Notes under the pieces: generated by a model
Databases searched by the model: none
What the model saw: the letters and a program-made list of their open reading frames with translations, nothing else
What the model was told of the DNA's origin: nothing
Shown here: positions 10,082 to 22,384 of the stretch, piece by piece
Position numbering within the stretch: position 1 is the first letter of the stretch
How the letters are laid out: each line of letters starts with the position of its first letter
Position numbers and translations under genes: made by a program
Assembly (NCBI GenBank): GCA_963738475.1
Contig: CAVTWU010000029.1
Coordinates: forward strand, 65,924-129,923
Reading direction: 5' to 3'
Length of the DNA stretch: 64,000 nt
Source: an uncultured Chloroflexia bacterium
GTDB lineage: Bacteria > Chloroflexota > Limnocylindria > Limnocylindrales > CSP1-4

Positions 10082-11123
10082 ACCGGATCGCACGAGGCCG
10101 GGGCGCTGTCGCCCTGGTCGCCTGTCTCATGGTCTCGGCCACGGTGGTGGGTGCCGTCTCGGCGCACGGCCCGGATCCGGCGTTGGCCGGCAAGCCCTTC
10201 GCCCAGGATCAGGCCCTCACGTTCGCCTGGCGATCCCGGCGCGGCGCCGGTCGCGGCCATCGCCACGGCCATCAAGGCCGCGGCGCTCGACGCGACGGCG
10301 ACGCGTCGAGAGCCGTGCGGCCACGTTCGCGTACGCGGCGACGGGCCCCAATCTCATCGGCTACGGGATCGGGGCGACCTGTGGCGTCAACGGCCTCGCC
10401 TGCTTCACGCGGGACGCCCCGAACGGCTTCACGATGTGGCTACGCGAGCAGGGCCACGTCTTCGACTGGGGCACGCTCAAGTGGTGCCAGTCGTACAAGG
10501 CGCCACCGAACGGCTGCTACGACGCCGAGACGATCGCGCTCGACGAGTTCGGCCACATCGAGGGCCTCGACCACCACGTCAACGACCCGGACGACAGCGA
10601 CTACACCGACGCGGTCGTCCAGACCTACTCGCGGACCAAGCCGGCCGCCGGCTGGAACATGCACACGTTCGGCCCGTGCGACACCGCCCGGCTCCAGCTC
10701 ATGTACGACATGACGAGCTGGTCGGCGAAGTACTCCACGTGCAACGCGGTCGCGACGACCCTCACCGTGCTGGCGCCGGCTGCCGTGATCTACGGCGGGA
10801 CCGCCACGATCGTCGCGACCCTCAAGGTCGATGACGACCCGGCCCTGGGTCGGCTGGCCCTCAACCCGGTCTCGGCTCGGGTGGTGTCGCTCCAGAGCCG
10901 GGCGCCGGGCGCGACGACCTGGCTCGCGGCCGGGACGATGGCCTTCGGGCCGACCTCCGGGACGTACACGAAGACGCTGACGTTGACCTCGGACCTCCAG
11001 GTCCGAGCCGTGTTCCGAACGCCGAGCGATGAGGGGCTCAAGGCCAGCACCTCGACGGCGCTGATCATCGACGTCGGCCCGTGCAAGGTCGCGCCGTGTC
11101 CACAGACCACAGGAGGTGACTGA
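10078..11123 (+). CDS. Secreted matrixin/metzincin-like protein with variant zinc motif; frameshifted near 10250-10320
   Basis: Signal peptide in the 10078 frame; DEFGHIEGLDH at 10542-10574 has metzincin spacing; beta-rich C-terminal domain. Confidence 0.6.
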
Positions 11124-11711
11124 TGCCGCGACCTGGATCCATCGTCGGCGTGGCCGCGACCGCGCTCATCGCGGTCGTGGTGACGGCCGCCGGCTGCACG
11201 GCATCGACGGCCCCGTCGGCCAGCCAGGCAGCCGCGACCACATCGCCCAGCACGTGGTGGCGACGACGACTCCCGCGGTCGCGCCGACCATGTCGCCGCC
11301 GCCGAGACGTCTTCGGCCACGGCGTCCGCCGGTGGAGCCGGGGTCGAGACGCCGCCGGACGCCGCGCTCGCGGTCGAAGGCGGGGACCCGGTCGAGGGTC
11401 AGCTCGGGACGTACATCTGGGCAGGTGGCGGGTCGGACAGCCCATGGCTGCCCGGCGCGCCTGTCGCCGCCGCGACCGGCGAGGTCCTGCTCCTCACGTT
11501 GTCACCGGACCTGGCCGCGTCCGAGTGGTCGGCGGTGCTCGCCCCGGCTTCCAGCCCGGACGGCGGCGGGCGGTTCGAGGCCGGCGCCGGGACCGGTCCA
11601 GGCCCCGTGACGATCCAGACGCCGGATGCGGGGGCGTGGACGCTCGCGCTGACGATCCGGTTCGGCGACCTGGGCAGCGCGACCTGGTTCTGGCGGCTCG
11701 ACGTGTCCTGA
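11123..11711 (+). CDS. Hypothetical lipoprotein, frameshifted
   Basis: Lipobox-like AAGC after a hydrophobic stretch; C-terminal part in ORF 11499-11711; start overlaps the previous stop. Confidence 0.55.
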
Positions 11712-11733
11712 GCCGCTTCGGGAACCGCCCCGT

Positions 11734-12018
11734 TCAGGCGGTCGCGGTGGCCGGCTCCGGGGAGGCCGAGAAGATCGAGACCTGGGCCTCTTCAGGCAGC
11801 ATCACGCCGAGGACCTTCTGGAGTGTCAGGAGATGGACACACGAAGACCAGGACTCGAAGTAGTGGCAGGTGCATCGCCACTGGCCGGCGTCGAGGCTGA
11901 CATGGTGCGTGTCGTTGTCGCCACGGAACGTGAGCGAGAGCCGGTCGAACGTGATCCGGTCCAGCTCGCGGGCGTAGCGATTGGCCTTTTCGACCTTGCC
12001 GATCAGGGAACTGTGCAT
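11734..12018 (-). CDS. Small SWIM-type zinc-finger protein
   Basis: CTCHYFESWSSCVH fits the CxC-xn-CxH SWIM pattern; GGAGGTAGG RBS upstream. Confidence 0.7.
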   Translation of the reverse strand: MHSSLIGKVEKANRYARELDRITFDRLSLTFRGDNDTHHVSLDAGQWRCTCHYFESWSSCVHLLTLQKVLGVMLPEEAQVSIFSASPEPATATA

Positions 12019-12191
12019 CGCAGACCTACCTCCGTCGCCCGTGGGCGTTCCGGGGCCGCCGACCGGTCATGCACCTCGACCGGTGAGGGCGGTCGCGTGC
12101 CGACAGCGTACACCCGCCGACCAGTGCCGGTACCGGCGAAATCGTCCTGGCCCGCGCCGCCCCTCGCAACGGCGACGGAGGTCGCCCGAGC

Positions 12192-12599
12192 CTACGGCGC
12201 GCTGGTCCCTTCGCGGCCGAAGTCGTCCTCGAGGCGGACCACGTCGTCCAGCTCCGGCGTCGAGACCTCGACGAGTTCGCATCGCTCGATCGCGGCGTAG
12301 CGGTGGATCCGGCCGGTCGCCACATGCCGGTGATCGCCAGGTCCGAGCGCCTCCACGACGAGCCCGCCGGCGTCGTCCTCGAGGGTCAATTCGAGTCGCC
12401 CGGACAACACCAGGATGGACTCGTCCTTGACCTCGTGGCGCTGGAGCGACAGGCGCCGTCCGGTCTCGATGACGAGGATCTTCCCGACGTAGGTCCCGGT
12501 GTGCGCCCAGATGAGCTCGTGGCCCCACGGCTTGTCGACCCGTCTGGTCGCTCCCTCGCCCCCGCCGGACGCCGCCGAGCCGCCTGCCTCAGCGGTCAT
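12192..12599 (-). CDS. Cupin-domain protein (type II mannose-6-phosphate isomerase-like)
   Basis: RVDKPWGHE, LSLQRHEVKDE, HRYAA, EVSTPELDDVVRLEDDFGR. Confidence 0.85.
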   Translation of the reverse strand: MTAEAGGSAASGGGEGATRRVDKPWGHELIWAHTGTYVGKILVIETGRRLSLQRHEVKDESILVLSGRLELTLEDDAGGLVVEALGPGDHRHVATGRIHRYAAIERCELVEVSTPELDDVVRLEDDFGREGTSAP

Positions 12600-14077
12600 G
12601 AGCCGCGCACCAGGCGCTCGCCGGCCACGAGCATCTCGTCGCGGATCTCGGGCGACGTGGCTTCCGTGTACACGCGGACGAGCGGCTCCGTGCCGGACGC
12701 CCGGACCAGCAGCCACGATCCGTCGGCCAGGAAGAACTTGAAGCCGTCGTTCGTCTCGAGCGGCACGGTCCGGGCCACCGCCTGGCCGGCCAGGTCCGCC
12801 GGGGCCTGCTCCCGCAGGTCCACCAGCAGCCGGCGCTTCGTCTCCGGATACAGGGCTCGCTCCACGTGCACGTCGATGCGCCGATAGAACGACGGCCCAG
12901 CCAGCGCGTGGAAGTGCTCGATGGCGCTCGAGACCGGCCAGCGACCGGCGGCGCGCTCCTTGAGGAACAGGTCGAGCAGCAGCAGGTCCGCGTAGACGCC
13001 ATCGCGCTCCGGCAGGTGCATCCCGAACCCGAACCCGCCGGACTCCTCGGCCCCCATCATCGCGTCCGTCTCGATCATCTTCGGACCGATGAACTTGAAC
13101 CCGACCGGGGTCTCGTGGGTCGCGATCCCGTAGTGCTCGCCGAGGCGCGCGGCCATCGACGTGTTGTTGACGCTCACGACGACCGGCTCGCGCAGTCCGC
13201 GGTGCTCGGCCAGGTAGTACATGAGCAGGCCCGTGACCTGGAGCTGGTGGATGAACGTGCCCCGTTCGTCGGCTGCGCCCGCCCGGTCGGCATCGCCATC
13301 CAGCAACAGGCCAAGGTCGTAGCCGCCGCCGGCCAGCATCCCCAGCGCTTCGTCGACGTTCGGGCGGATCGGCTCCGGGTTGACCCCGCCGAAGAACGGG
13401 TTGCGCTCCTGGTGGATCTCGTGCACCTGGATGCGTCCGCCGGCCAGCAGCCTGGAGATCCAGCCGCTCCCCGCGCCCCACATCGGATCGACCAGGATCC
13501 GCGCATCGGCCGCCCGCAGGGCATCGAGATCGAGCGTGCGCCGGACGAACCGCTCGTACCCGTCGAACGGGTCGAACCGCTCGACCAGCCCGGCCGCCTC
13601 GGCGTCCGCGAACGGCCGGCGCTCGAGCGCGATCCCGCCGTTCTGCGCCAGCTGCGCCTCGATGACCGACAGGATGTCGTGCCCGGCCGCGGCGCCCGTC
13701 GGGGCCTTGACCTTGAAGCCGTTGTCCACCCACGGGTTGTGGCTCGCCGTGATGACGATCCCGGCCGCGGCGCCGCGCTCCACCACCTCGTACGAGCTCA
13801 TCTGGGTCGGGACCGCGTGGACGGCGAAGGCCACCGGGATGTCGTGGGCGAGCAGGATCTCGGCGGCGGCCTGGGCGAAGTGCTCCGAGGCGAACCGGCG
13901 GTCGTAGGCCACGACGACGCCCTTGGCCGCCTCGCCGCGATCCACGACGTAGCGGGCGACGCCGTCGGCGCAGCGGCGGACGTTGTCGAACGTGAACTCG
14001 TCGGCGATCCGGGCGCGCCAGCCGTCCGTCCCGAAGACGATGGTCGTCGGCGCGGGCGCCGGGCCGGTCACGTTCAA
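12596..14077 (-). CDS. Phosphoglucomutase/phosphomannomutase
   Basis: FGTDGWR, TASHNP (phosphoserine), DGDADR (metal loop), GAEESGG, RASGTEP. Confidence 0.95.
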   Translation of the reverse strand: MNVTGPAPAPTTIVFGTDGWRARIADEFTFDNVRRCADGVARYVVDRGEAAKGVVVAYDRRFASEHFAQAAAEILLAHDIPVAFAVHAVPTQMSSYEVVERGAAAGIVITASHNPWVDNGFKVKAPTGAAAGHDILSVIEAQLAQNGGIALERRPFADAEAAGLVERFDPFDGYERFVRRTLDLDALRAADARILVDPMWGAGSGWISRLLAGGRIQVHEIHQERNPFFGGVNPEPIRPNVDEALGMLAGGGYDLGLLLDGDADRAGAADERGTFIHQLQVTGLLMYYLAEHRGLREPVVVSVNNTSMAARLGEHYGIATHETPVGFKFIGPKMIETDAMMGAEESGGFGFGMHLPERDGVYADLLLLDLFLKERAAGRWPVSSAIEHFHALAGPSFYRRIDVHVERALYPETKRRLLVDLREQAPADLAGQAVARTVPLETNDGFKFFLADGSWLLVRASGTEPLVRVYTEATSPEIRDEMLVAGERLVRGS

Positions 14078-15141
14078 GCTGCCTCCTCCGGGTCCGCGCA
14101 GCGCGCGAGCAGGTCCTCCACCTTCGCCCGGTCCGCGGCGGTCCCGCGCAGGACGGCGATGGGCTGGACGGCGGTCATGCTACCGCGCTCGAGTGGCGCG
14201 ATGATCCCGAGCCGGCCGCCCGAGCGACGGATGACGAGGTCCTCGCGCTCCACCTCGACCGTCTCGCCGGCCTGCACGACGGATCCGGTCCCGTGCGCCC
14301 CGATCGCCTCGAGCAGCGCGGTCCACGACCCGAGATCGGACCATCCGACATCCATCGAGCCCATGACGACGTGCCCATCGCGCGCGGCGCTCTCCATGAC
14401 CGCGTAGTCGATCGACACCGGCTTGAGCTGCTCGTAGGCGTGCTGGAGGAGGTTCGGGGCCGCCAGGGTCGGTTCGATGAGCTGGATGAGCCCGGTATAG
14501 CGCTCCAGGGCGGTCCGGATGGCCCGGCGCTGCCAGACGAACATGCCGGCATTCCAGGCCGCACCCTCGGTCGTGAACAGGTCCTCGGCCCGGGCCGGCT
14601 TGGGCTTCTCCTCGAACGCCTTGACGGGATAGCCGACGAGGCCCTCGATGTCCTCGCGCGCCTCGAGTCGCGGCAGCAGGTAGCCGTATTCGGTCGCCGG
14701 CCGGGTGATCTGCGTCCCGAGGGTGACGAGCGGATCGTCCAGGCCGAACGAGCCGGTCGCCAGGCGCGTGGCGGCGGTCCGCAGGACGTCGACGTAGACG
14801 CCTTCACGGGCGGGATCGATGTGGGCGTCAGCCGGCAGGACGAGCATGACGTCGTCGTCTGCGCGGTCCACGGCAGCCGTGACGAGGGCGATGGCGGCCG
14901 CCGTGTTGCGGCCCATCGGTTCGACGAGGACCGCCGCGGACGGGAGCTGCTCGCGGACGATCGCCTCGTAGCGTCGGTCCGTCACGACGGTGATGTCGTC
15001 GGTGAGGCCGCCCAGTCGTCGGGCCGTGGCCTGCAGCAGCGACTCCGCTCCGAGGAGCGGCAGGAAGGGCTTCGGACGCTCGGGACGGCTCAGTGGGTGG
15101 AGCCGGGTCCCGCCGCCGCCGGCCATGATGACGGCGTACAT
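14074..15141 (-). CDS. Mannose-1-phosphate guanylyltransferase
   Basis: MAGGGGTRLHPLSRPERPKPF, EPMGRNTAAAI, PADAHI, FEEKP, WNAGMF, WSDLGSW; start placed at MYAVIM. Confidence 0.9.
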   Translation of the reverse strand: MYAVIMAGGGGTRLHPLSRPERPKPFLPLLGAESLLQATARRLGGLTDDITVVTDRRYEAIVREQLPSAAVLVEPMGRNTAAAIALVTAAVDRADDDVMLVLPADAHIDPAREGVYVDVLRTAATRLATGSFGLDDPLVTLGTQITRPATEYGYLLPRLEAREDIEGLVGYPVKAFEEKPKPARAEDLFTTEGAAWNAGMFVWQRRAIRTALERYTGLIQLIEPTLAAPNLLQHAYEQLKPVSIDYAVMESAARDGHVVMGSMDVGWSDLGSWTALLEAIGAHGTGSVVQAGETVEVEREDLVIRRSGGRLGIIAPLERGSMTAVQPIAVLRGTAADRAKVEDLLARCADPEEAA

Positions 15142-15168
15142 GCCGCCCATCGTATAGGGCGCGGACCG

Positions 15169-16038
15169 TCAGTCGTTGACCACCACGTACAGGCCTTCCC
15201 AGATGACCTTGCGCTGCCACTCGTGGTAGCGGGTGTAGACCTTGCTGAACGCCGCCACCGTCATGTACTTGTACGGGTACGGGTCCGGGTAGCCACCCAG
15301 CGGACCGGTGACGTAGAAGCCCTGCAGGGTGCGCTTGGTCGGATCGTTCGGGTCCACCGCGGCCTTGTAGCCGAGCACGACCCAGGCGTGGGTCCCGGCC
15401 TTGACCGTGATCCCGACGGGGTGGCCGGTCCGGTCGATGGCCTTCACGATCTCGTTCATCGCGACGGTCTTGGACAGGTAGGCGCGGGCGTAGTACGGCT
15501 TGTAGGTCCAGCGGCGGAGTGCCCAGGCCCAACCCTGGACGTCGTTGCCGGACGTCGCGTAGCGATACCGGTTGTGCTGGCGGATCTGCTTGTACAGCGT
15601 GGACTGCCGCAGGTACGTCGAGTTCGAGTCGTTGCGGATGAGGTTCCACATCGTCTGCGTCGCCGCCGGCACGCACCAGTAGTTGGTGTATTGCCGCACG
15701 ATCGCGCTCCGCCGGTAGTTAAGGACGGTCACGAGCCTTGGCGTCGCTCCCGGTGTCGGCTCCGGCGTGGGCTCCGCGGTCGGCGTTGGCTCGACGGTCG
15801 GGGTCGGACTGGGGCTCTCGGTCGCGGCCGGCTCGGCGAGCGTGGACGGGGATGGGAACGGGGACGGCTCGATCGAGGGCTCGGGATCGGCCGCCAGCGC
15901 GACGGCCGGGCCGAGGACCATCAGGGCGGCACCCGCCAGGAGCCAGGCGCGGACCGCCGCAGCGGAGCGATGGCGTTCGGTCTTCGGGAGACGCTCGATG
16001 GCGGGACGGTGTCCGGGTTCCACGTGCAGACCTTTCAT
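15169..16038 (-). CDS. Secreted papain-fold (C39-like) cysteine peptidase with Pro/Thr/Glu linker
   Basis: Signal peptide, PT/PE linker, QYTNYWCVPAA (Gln and Cys) and HAWVVLGY (His). Confidence 0.65.
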   Translation of the reverse strand: MKGLHVEPGHRPAIERLPKTERHRSAAAVRAWLLAGAALMVLGPAVALAADPEPSIEPSPFPSPSTLAEPAATESPSPTPTVEPTPTAEPTPEPTPGATPRLVTVLNYRRSAIVRQYTNYWCVPAATQTMWNLIRNDSNSTYLRQSTLYKQIRQHNRYRYATSGNDVQGWAWALRRWTYKPYYARAYLSKTVAMNEIVKAIDRTGHPVGITVKAGTHAWVVLGYKAAVDPNDPTKRTLQGFYVTGPLGGYPDPYPYKYMTVAAFSKVYTRYHEWQRKVIWEGLYVVVND

Positions 16039-16336
16039 GCGGCACTTTGGGGATGCAGCAGTGGGAGAAGCCTACCAAGTGGGCGCGCTCGAAACCATCC
16101 CAGCGAAGGTCCGCCACGTTGCAGGCGCGATGGTCCTGTGCGGTCCTGACCCGTCCTGACCCGCACGGGGTCGTGCAGAGCGGGACATGGCGGTGCGGAT
16201 GCGGCGCTTCGTTGACGGTCCGGGCATCCGCCCGTACCATCCAGCCACCCAGACGCGCGCGCATCGAGGATCGCCGTTGACCGCTCCAGCGACGCCGGAG
16301 ACAGCCAGTCTCGCCGGCCCCGCGCCAGTCGCCTCC

Positions 16337-17467
<1,131 letters not shown>

Positions 17468-17519
17468 GCGCGGCCGACAGGCGTCCAGGATGACCCTGGG
17501 ACGCAGAGGAGGAACGCAC

Positions 17520-18698
17520 GTGGCGAACGAAGGTCTCGACGAACTGATGGCGAAGATGGCCCGGAACCGGGTCCCGCGCCGAAGCTTCCTGGCAGCGGCC
17601 GGTCTCCTGGGTGGCAGCGCGGCCCTGGCCGCGTGCACGTCGGGTGGGTCGGCGAGCGGCGCGCCATCCGACGCTGGCGCGGCCAGCTTCCCGCCGGCCG
17701 GTCCCATCGAAGACGAACTGTTCATGTACAACTGGTCCGACTATGTCGCGCCGGCCAACATGGAGGCGTTCAAGGCGGAATTCGGGGTCAAGAACTTCGT
17801 CTACGACACCTTCGCCGACAACGACGAGCTGCTGGCCAAGCTGGCCGCCGGCGCGTCGGGCTACGACTTCGCTTGCCCGACGGCCGAGTTCATGCCGCAG
17901 ATGGCCGAAGAGGGCTACATCCAGAAGCTGGACTTCAGCCGGATCCCGAACTCCAAGTACATCGACCCGGCCGTGATGAGCCAGAACTGGGACCCGAACA
18001 ACGAGTACCACGTGCCGAAGGACTTCGGTACGACCGGCATCCTGTACCGCTCCAAGATCGTGACCGAGCCACTCACGTCATGGCGCGAGTTCTACGACCT
18101 GGCGGTCGGCAAGTACAGCGGCAAGGTCGTCCTCGTGCACTCCGCCGGCGACGTCCTCGTGATGCCGCTCAAGATGCTTGGCTACTCGCTCAACAGCACG
18201 GATCCCAAGGAGCTTGAGGAAGCCAGCAAGCTGCTCCAGGACCTCGCGCCGCACGTGCTGGCGCTTGACTCGGACACGTACCAGGACAAGCTCGCCTCCG
18301 AGGAGGCGGTCCTGTGCCTCGGCTGGACCGGACCGCTGGTCGAACTCCAGGCCAACCCCGAGACTGCCGACACCAAGTACGTCGTGCCGAGCGAGGGCAC
18401 CCTGTTCTGGATGGACGTGTGGGTCATGATGGCCGACGCGCCGCACCCGAACGGCTCCTACGCCTGGTTCGACTTCATCCAGCGGCCTGCAGAACAGGCG
18501 CTCGAGACGACGACCAACGGGTACGGCACGCCCAACCTCGAGGCCAAGAAGCTGCTGCCGCAGGAGATGCTGGACGACCCGTCCATCTTCCCGCCGGAAG
18601 AGGCGATGAAGAACCTCGAAGGTGCGGACCCGTCGTCGACGGACAACGCGGATCGCCTGGCGATCTGGACCGAGTTCAAGTCGAGCATCGGCGGCTAG
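17520..18698 (+). CDS. potD: Polyamine ABC transporter substrate-binding protein with Tat signal
   Basis: GAGGAGG RBS then GTG; RRSFL Tat motif; YNWSDY, GTTGILY, VPSEGTLFWMD. Confidence 0.88.
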   Translation: MANEGLDELMAKMARNRVPRRSFLAAAGLLGGSAALAACTSGGSASGAPSDAGAASFPPAGPIEDELFMYNWSDYVAPANMEAFKAEFGVKNFVYDTFADNDELLAKLAAGASGYDFACPTAEFMPQMAEEGYIQKLDFSRIPNSKYIDPAVMSQNWDPNNEYHVPKDFGTTGILYRSKIVTEPLTSWREFYDLAVGKYSGKVVLVHSAGDVLVMPLKMLGYSLNSTDPKELEEASKLLQDLAPHVLALDSDTYQDKLASEEAVLCLGWTGPLVELQANPETADTKYVVPSEGTLFWMDVWVMMADAPHPNGSYAWFDFIQRPAEQALETTTNGYGTPNLEAKKLLPQEMLDDPSIFPPEEAMKNLEGADPSSTDNADRLAIWTEFKSSIGG

Positions 18699-18720
18699 CC
18701 GACAGCCGGTAGCCCCGACG

Positions 18721-19617
18721 ATGGCCACGGCGACGCCGCCCATCGAGACGCGCGAGCCAGAAGGTCGGTCGCGAGCCGGCCTTCTGACCGCCGCCCTGCT
18801 CGCCCCCGCCTCTCTCTGGTACCTGCTGCTGCTGGTGCTGCCGATGGCGTTCGTGGTCGTCTTCAGCTTCGGCGAGAAGGCCAAGAACGGCGGCTATACC
18901 CCCGGGTTCGACCTGGACAATTACGGCCAGGTGGTCAAGGGCGTGGATCCGTTCATCGAGAGCCTCAAGCTGGCGGCGATGGGGACGGCGCTCACGCTGT
19001 TCATCGCGCTGCCCCTGGCCTACTTCCTGGCCACTCGGGCCGGGAAGCGCAAGGGCCTCCTGATCCTCCTGCTCGTGATCCCGTTCTGGACGAGCTTCCT
19101 CATCCGGACCTATAGCTGGTTGATCGTGCTGGGACGCGAGAACCTCGGTGGGTTCATCGGCGCGCTCATCGGCGACGCGGACTTCCGGATCCTGGGGACG
19201 CCGACCGCGATCATGATCGGGATGGTCTATGGCTATCTGCCCCTGATGATCTTCCCGCTGTACGTGACCCTGGAGCGGATGGATCGCTCGCTCGTCGAGG
19301 CGTCCAAGGACCTTGGCGCCGCTCGCTGGGCCACCTTCCGCCAGATCACGCTGCCCATCGCGATGCCAGGCCTGATCACCGGCAGCATCCTCGTGTTCAT
19401 CCCGATGATCGGCGAGTACGTCATCCCGCAGATCCTGGGCTACGGCCGGACCTTCCTGATCGGTAACGCCCTGGTCCTGGACTTCCTGGAGGCGCGCAAC
19501 TGGCCGCTGGGAGCGGCCAAGGCCGTCGTCCTCATCGCGATCATGCTGGTGACCATCACGGTCTACATCTGGTTCCTCAATCGCGGGCGCCAGGAGCGGG
19601 AGGTCAGCGTCCTGTGA
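18721..19617 (+). CDS. potB: Polyamine ABC transporter permease
   Basis: IPFWTSFLIRTYSW, LVEASKDLGA (EAA loop), GSILVFIP. Confidence 0.9.
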   Translation: MATATPPIETREPEGRSRAGLLTAALLAPASLWYLLLLVLPMAFVVVFSFGEKAKNGGYTPGFDLDNYGQVVKGVDPFIESLKLAAMGTALTLFIALPLAYFLATRAGKRKGLLILLLVIPFWTSFLIRTYSWLIVLGRENLGGFIGALIGDADFRILGTPTAIMIGMVYGYLPLMIFPLYVTLERMDRSLVEASKDLGAARWATFRQITLPIAMPGLITGSILVFIPMIGEYVIPQILGYGRTFLIGNALVLDFLEARNWPLGAAKAVVLIAIMLVTITVYIWFLNRGRQEREVSVL

Positions 19618-20587
19618 GCGCGCCAACGGCCGCTGCGGAGCTGACCACCGGCACCCCGTCGCCACCTCGACGGGGTCGCGAGCTGATCGCCTCCGAGCGC
19701 ATGGACGGCTTCGTCACCGGCGTCTTCCGCTTCCAGGCCGTTCTCGTGTATGCCTTCCTGTACCTGCCGATCTTCGTGGTCGTGCTGTTCGCCTTCAATG
19801 CCAACCAGCTGGCGACCATCTGGACCGGGCTTCACGACCGATTGGTTCGGCCGGGCGCTGGACAACTCGGTCGCGATGAAGGCCCTGGGCAACAGCGCGA
19901 CGATCGCCTTCTTCAACGCGATCCTGGCCACCCTGTTCGGCACCATGGCGGCGCTTGGCCTCCAGCGAGTCGGCCGCAAGACCCGAGCCGGGTACGACGG
20001 CCTCATCTACATCAGCATCATCGTCCCGGAGATCGTCATCGCCCTGGCGACGCTGGTCTTCTTCGCCACCGCGTTCGACCTCGATCAACCCGATCCTGTC
20101 CGCCATCCAGGGTGGCGGCAAGGGCGTGTTCAAGTTGACCTTCGGGCACTACACGATCATCAGCGCCCACGTCCTGTTCAATACCAGCCTGATCCTGCTG
20201 CTGGTCCGCGCCCGCCTGTCCGGGATGGACCGGACCCTGGTGGAAGCCAGCCAGGACCTGTTCGCGACGCCGTGGCGGACGTTCCGCCAGATCACGTTCC
20301 CGCAGCTCCTGCCGGCGATCGTGGCCGGGTTCCTCCTGGCGTTCACGTTCAGCTTCGACGACTACGTCATCACGACGTTCGTCTCGGGTCCCGGATCCAC
20401 GACCTTGCCGCTGTACATCTTCGGGCAGGTCAAGCGAGGCGTGAGCCCGGAGACCAACGCGATCGCGGCGATGGTCCTCGCGTTCACGATCGGGATGCTC
20501 CTGATCGGCCAGCTGCTGCTCATCTGGAACGGCCGCCGATCCGGCGGGCGTGGTGGGTCGATGACGTCGATCGTCGCCGACGACTGA
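19614..20587 (+). CDS. potC: Polyamine ABC transporter permease, frameshifted near 19830 and 20080
   Basis: [50 protein letters not shown]. Confidence 0.88.
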
Positions 20588-20597
20588 CGGCATCGGG

Positions 20598-21064
20598 ATG
20601 GGGACTTCCCGATCGACAACGTGGACGGCTGGCGCGGGCCGACGGCGTCGCAGGCGACCGGCCTGACCCTGGCCGCCGCCCGGGCGGTCATCGATGCGGT
20701 CCAGGCCACCGCCCGCGAGCTCGGGGTCGCGATGAGCTGCGCCGTCGTGGACGCGGGCGACCAACTGGTCGCCTTCGAGCGGATGGACGCGGCCGACCTG
20801 GTCGGGATCACGCTGGCGCGGGACAAGGCGTTCACCGCGCTGGCCAACCGGATGCCGACGCGGGACCTCGCCCCGATCGTCCAGCCAGGGACCGAGTTCT
20901 ACGGCTACGCCACGGTCGCCGGCGGCCGGACGATCGTGTTCGCCGGCGGCATGCCGCTCGAGCGGGACGGCGTCCTGGTCGGTGCGGTCGGGGTGAGTGG
21001 CGGCGATTCGGCCCAGGATCAGCAGGCGGTCGACGCCGGCGTCCTGGCGTTCGGCGGCTCGTAG
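20598..21064 (+). CDS. GlcG/HbpS family heme-binding protein
   Basis: [34 protein letters not shown]; ATG at 20598 is one base out of frame in a G run. Confidence 0.85.
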
Positions 21065-21087
21065 CCGGTCGAGGTCCTGGCGAAGCG

Positions 21088-22314
<1,227 letters not shown>

Positions 22315-22384
22315 GCTGCGAGTAGGGCCTCCCTCGGTCGGATCCGTCGTCGGGAGACTACCACGGGCCCGCCCCTCGGTCGGA

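Noticed and set aside
16142-16162. GTCCTGACCCG tandem duplication upstream of potA
   Set aside because: Only two short copies in GC-rich DNA with no supporting context.
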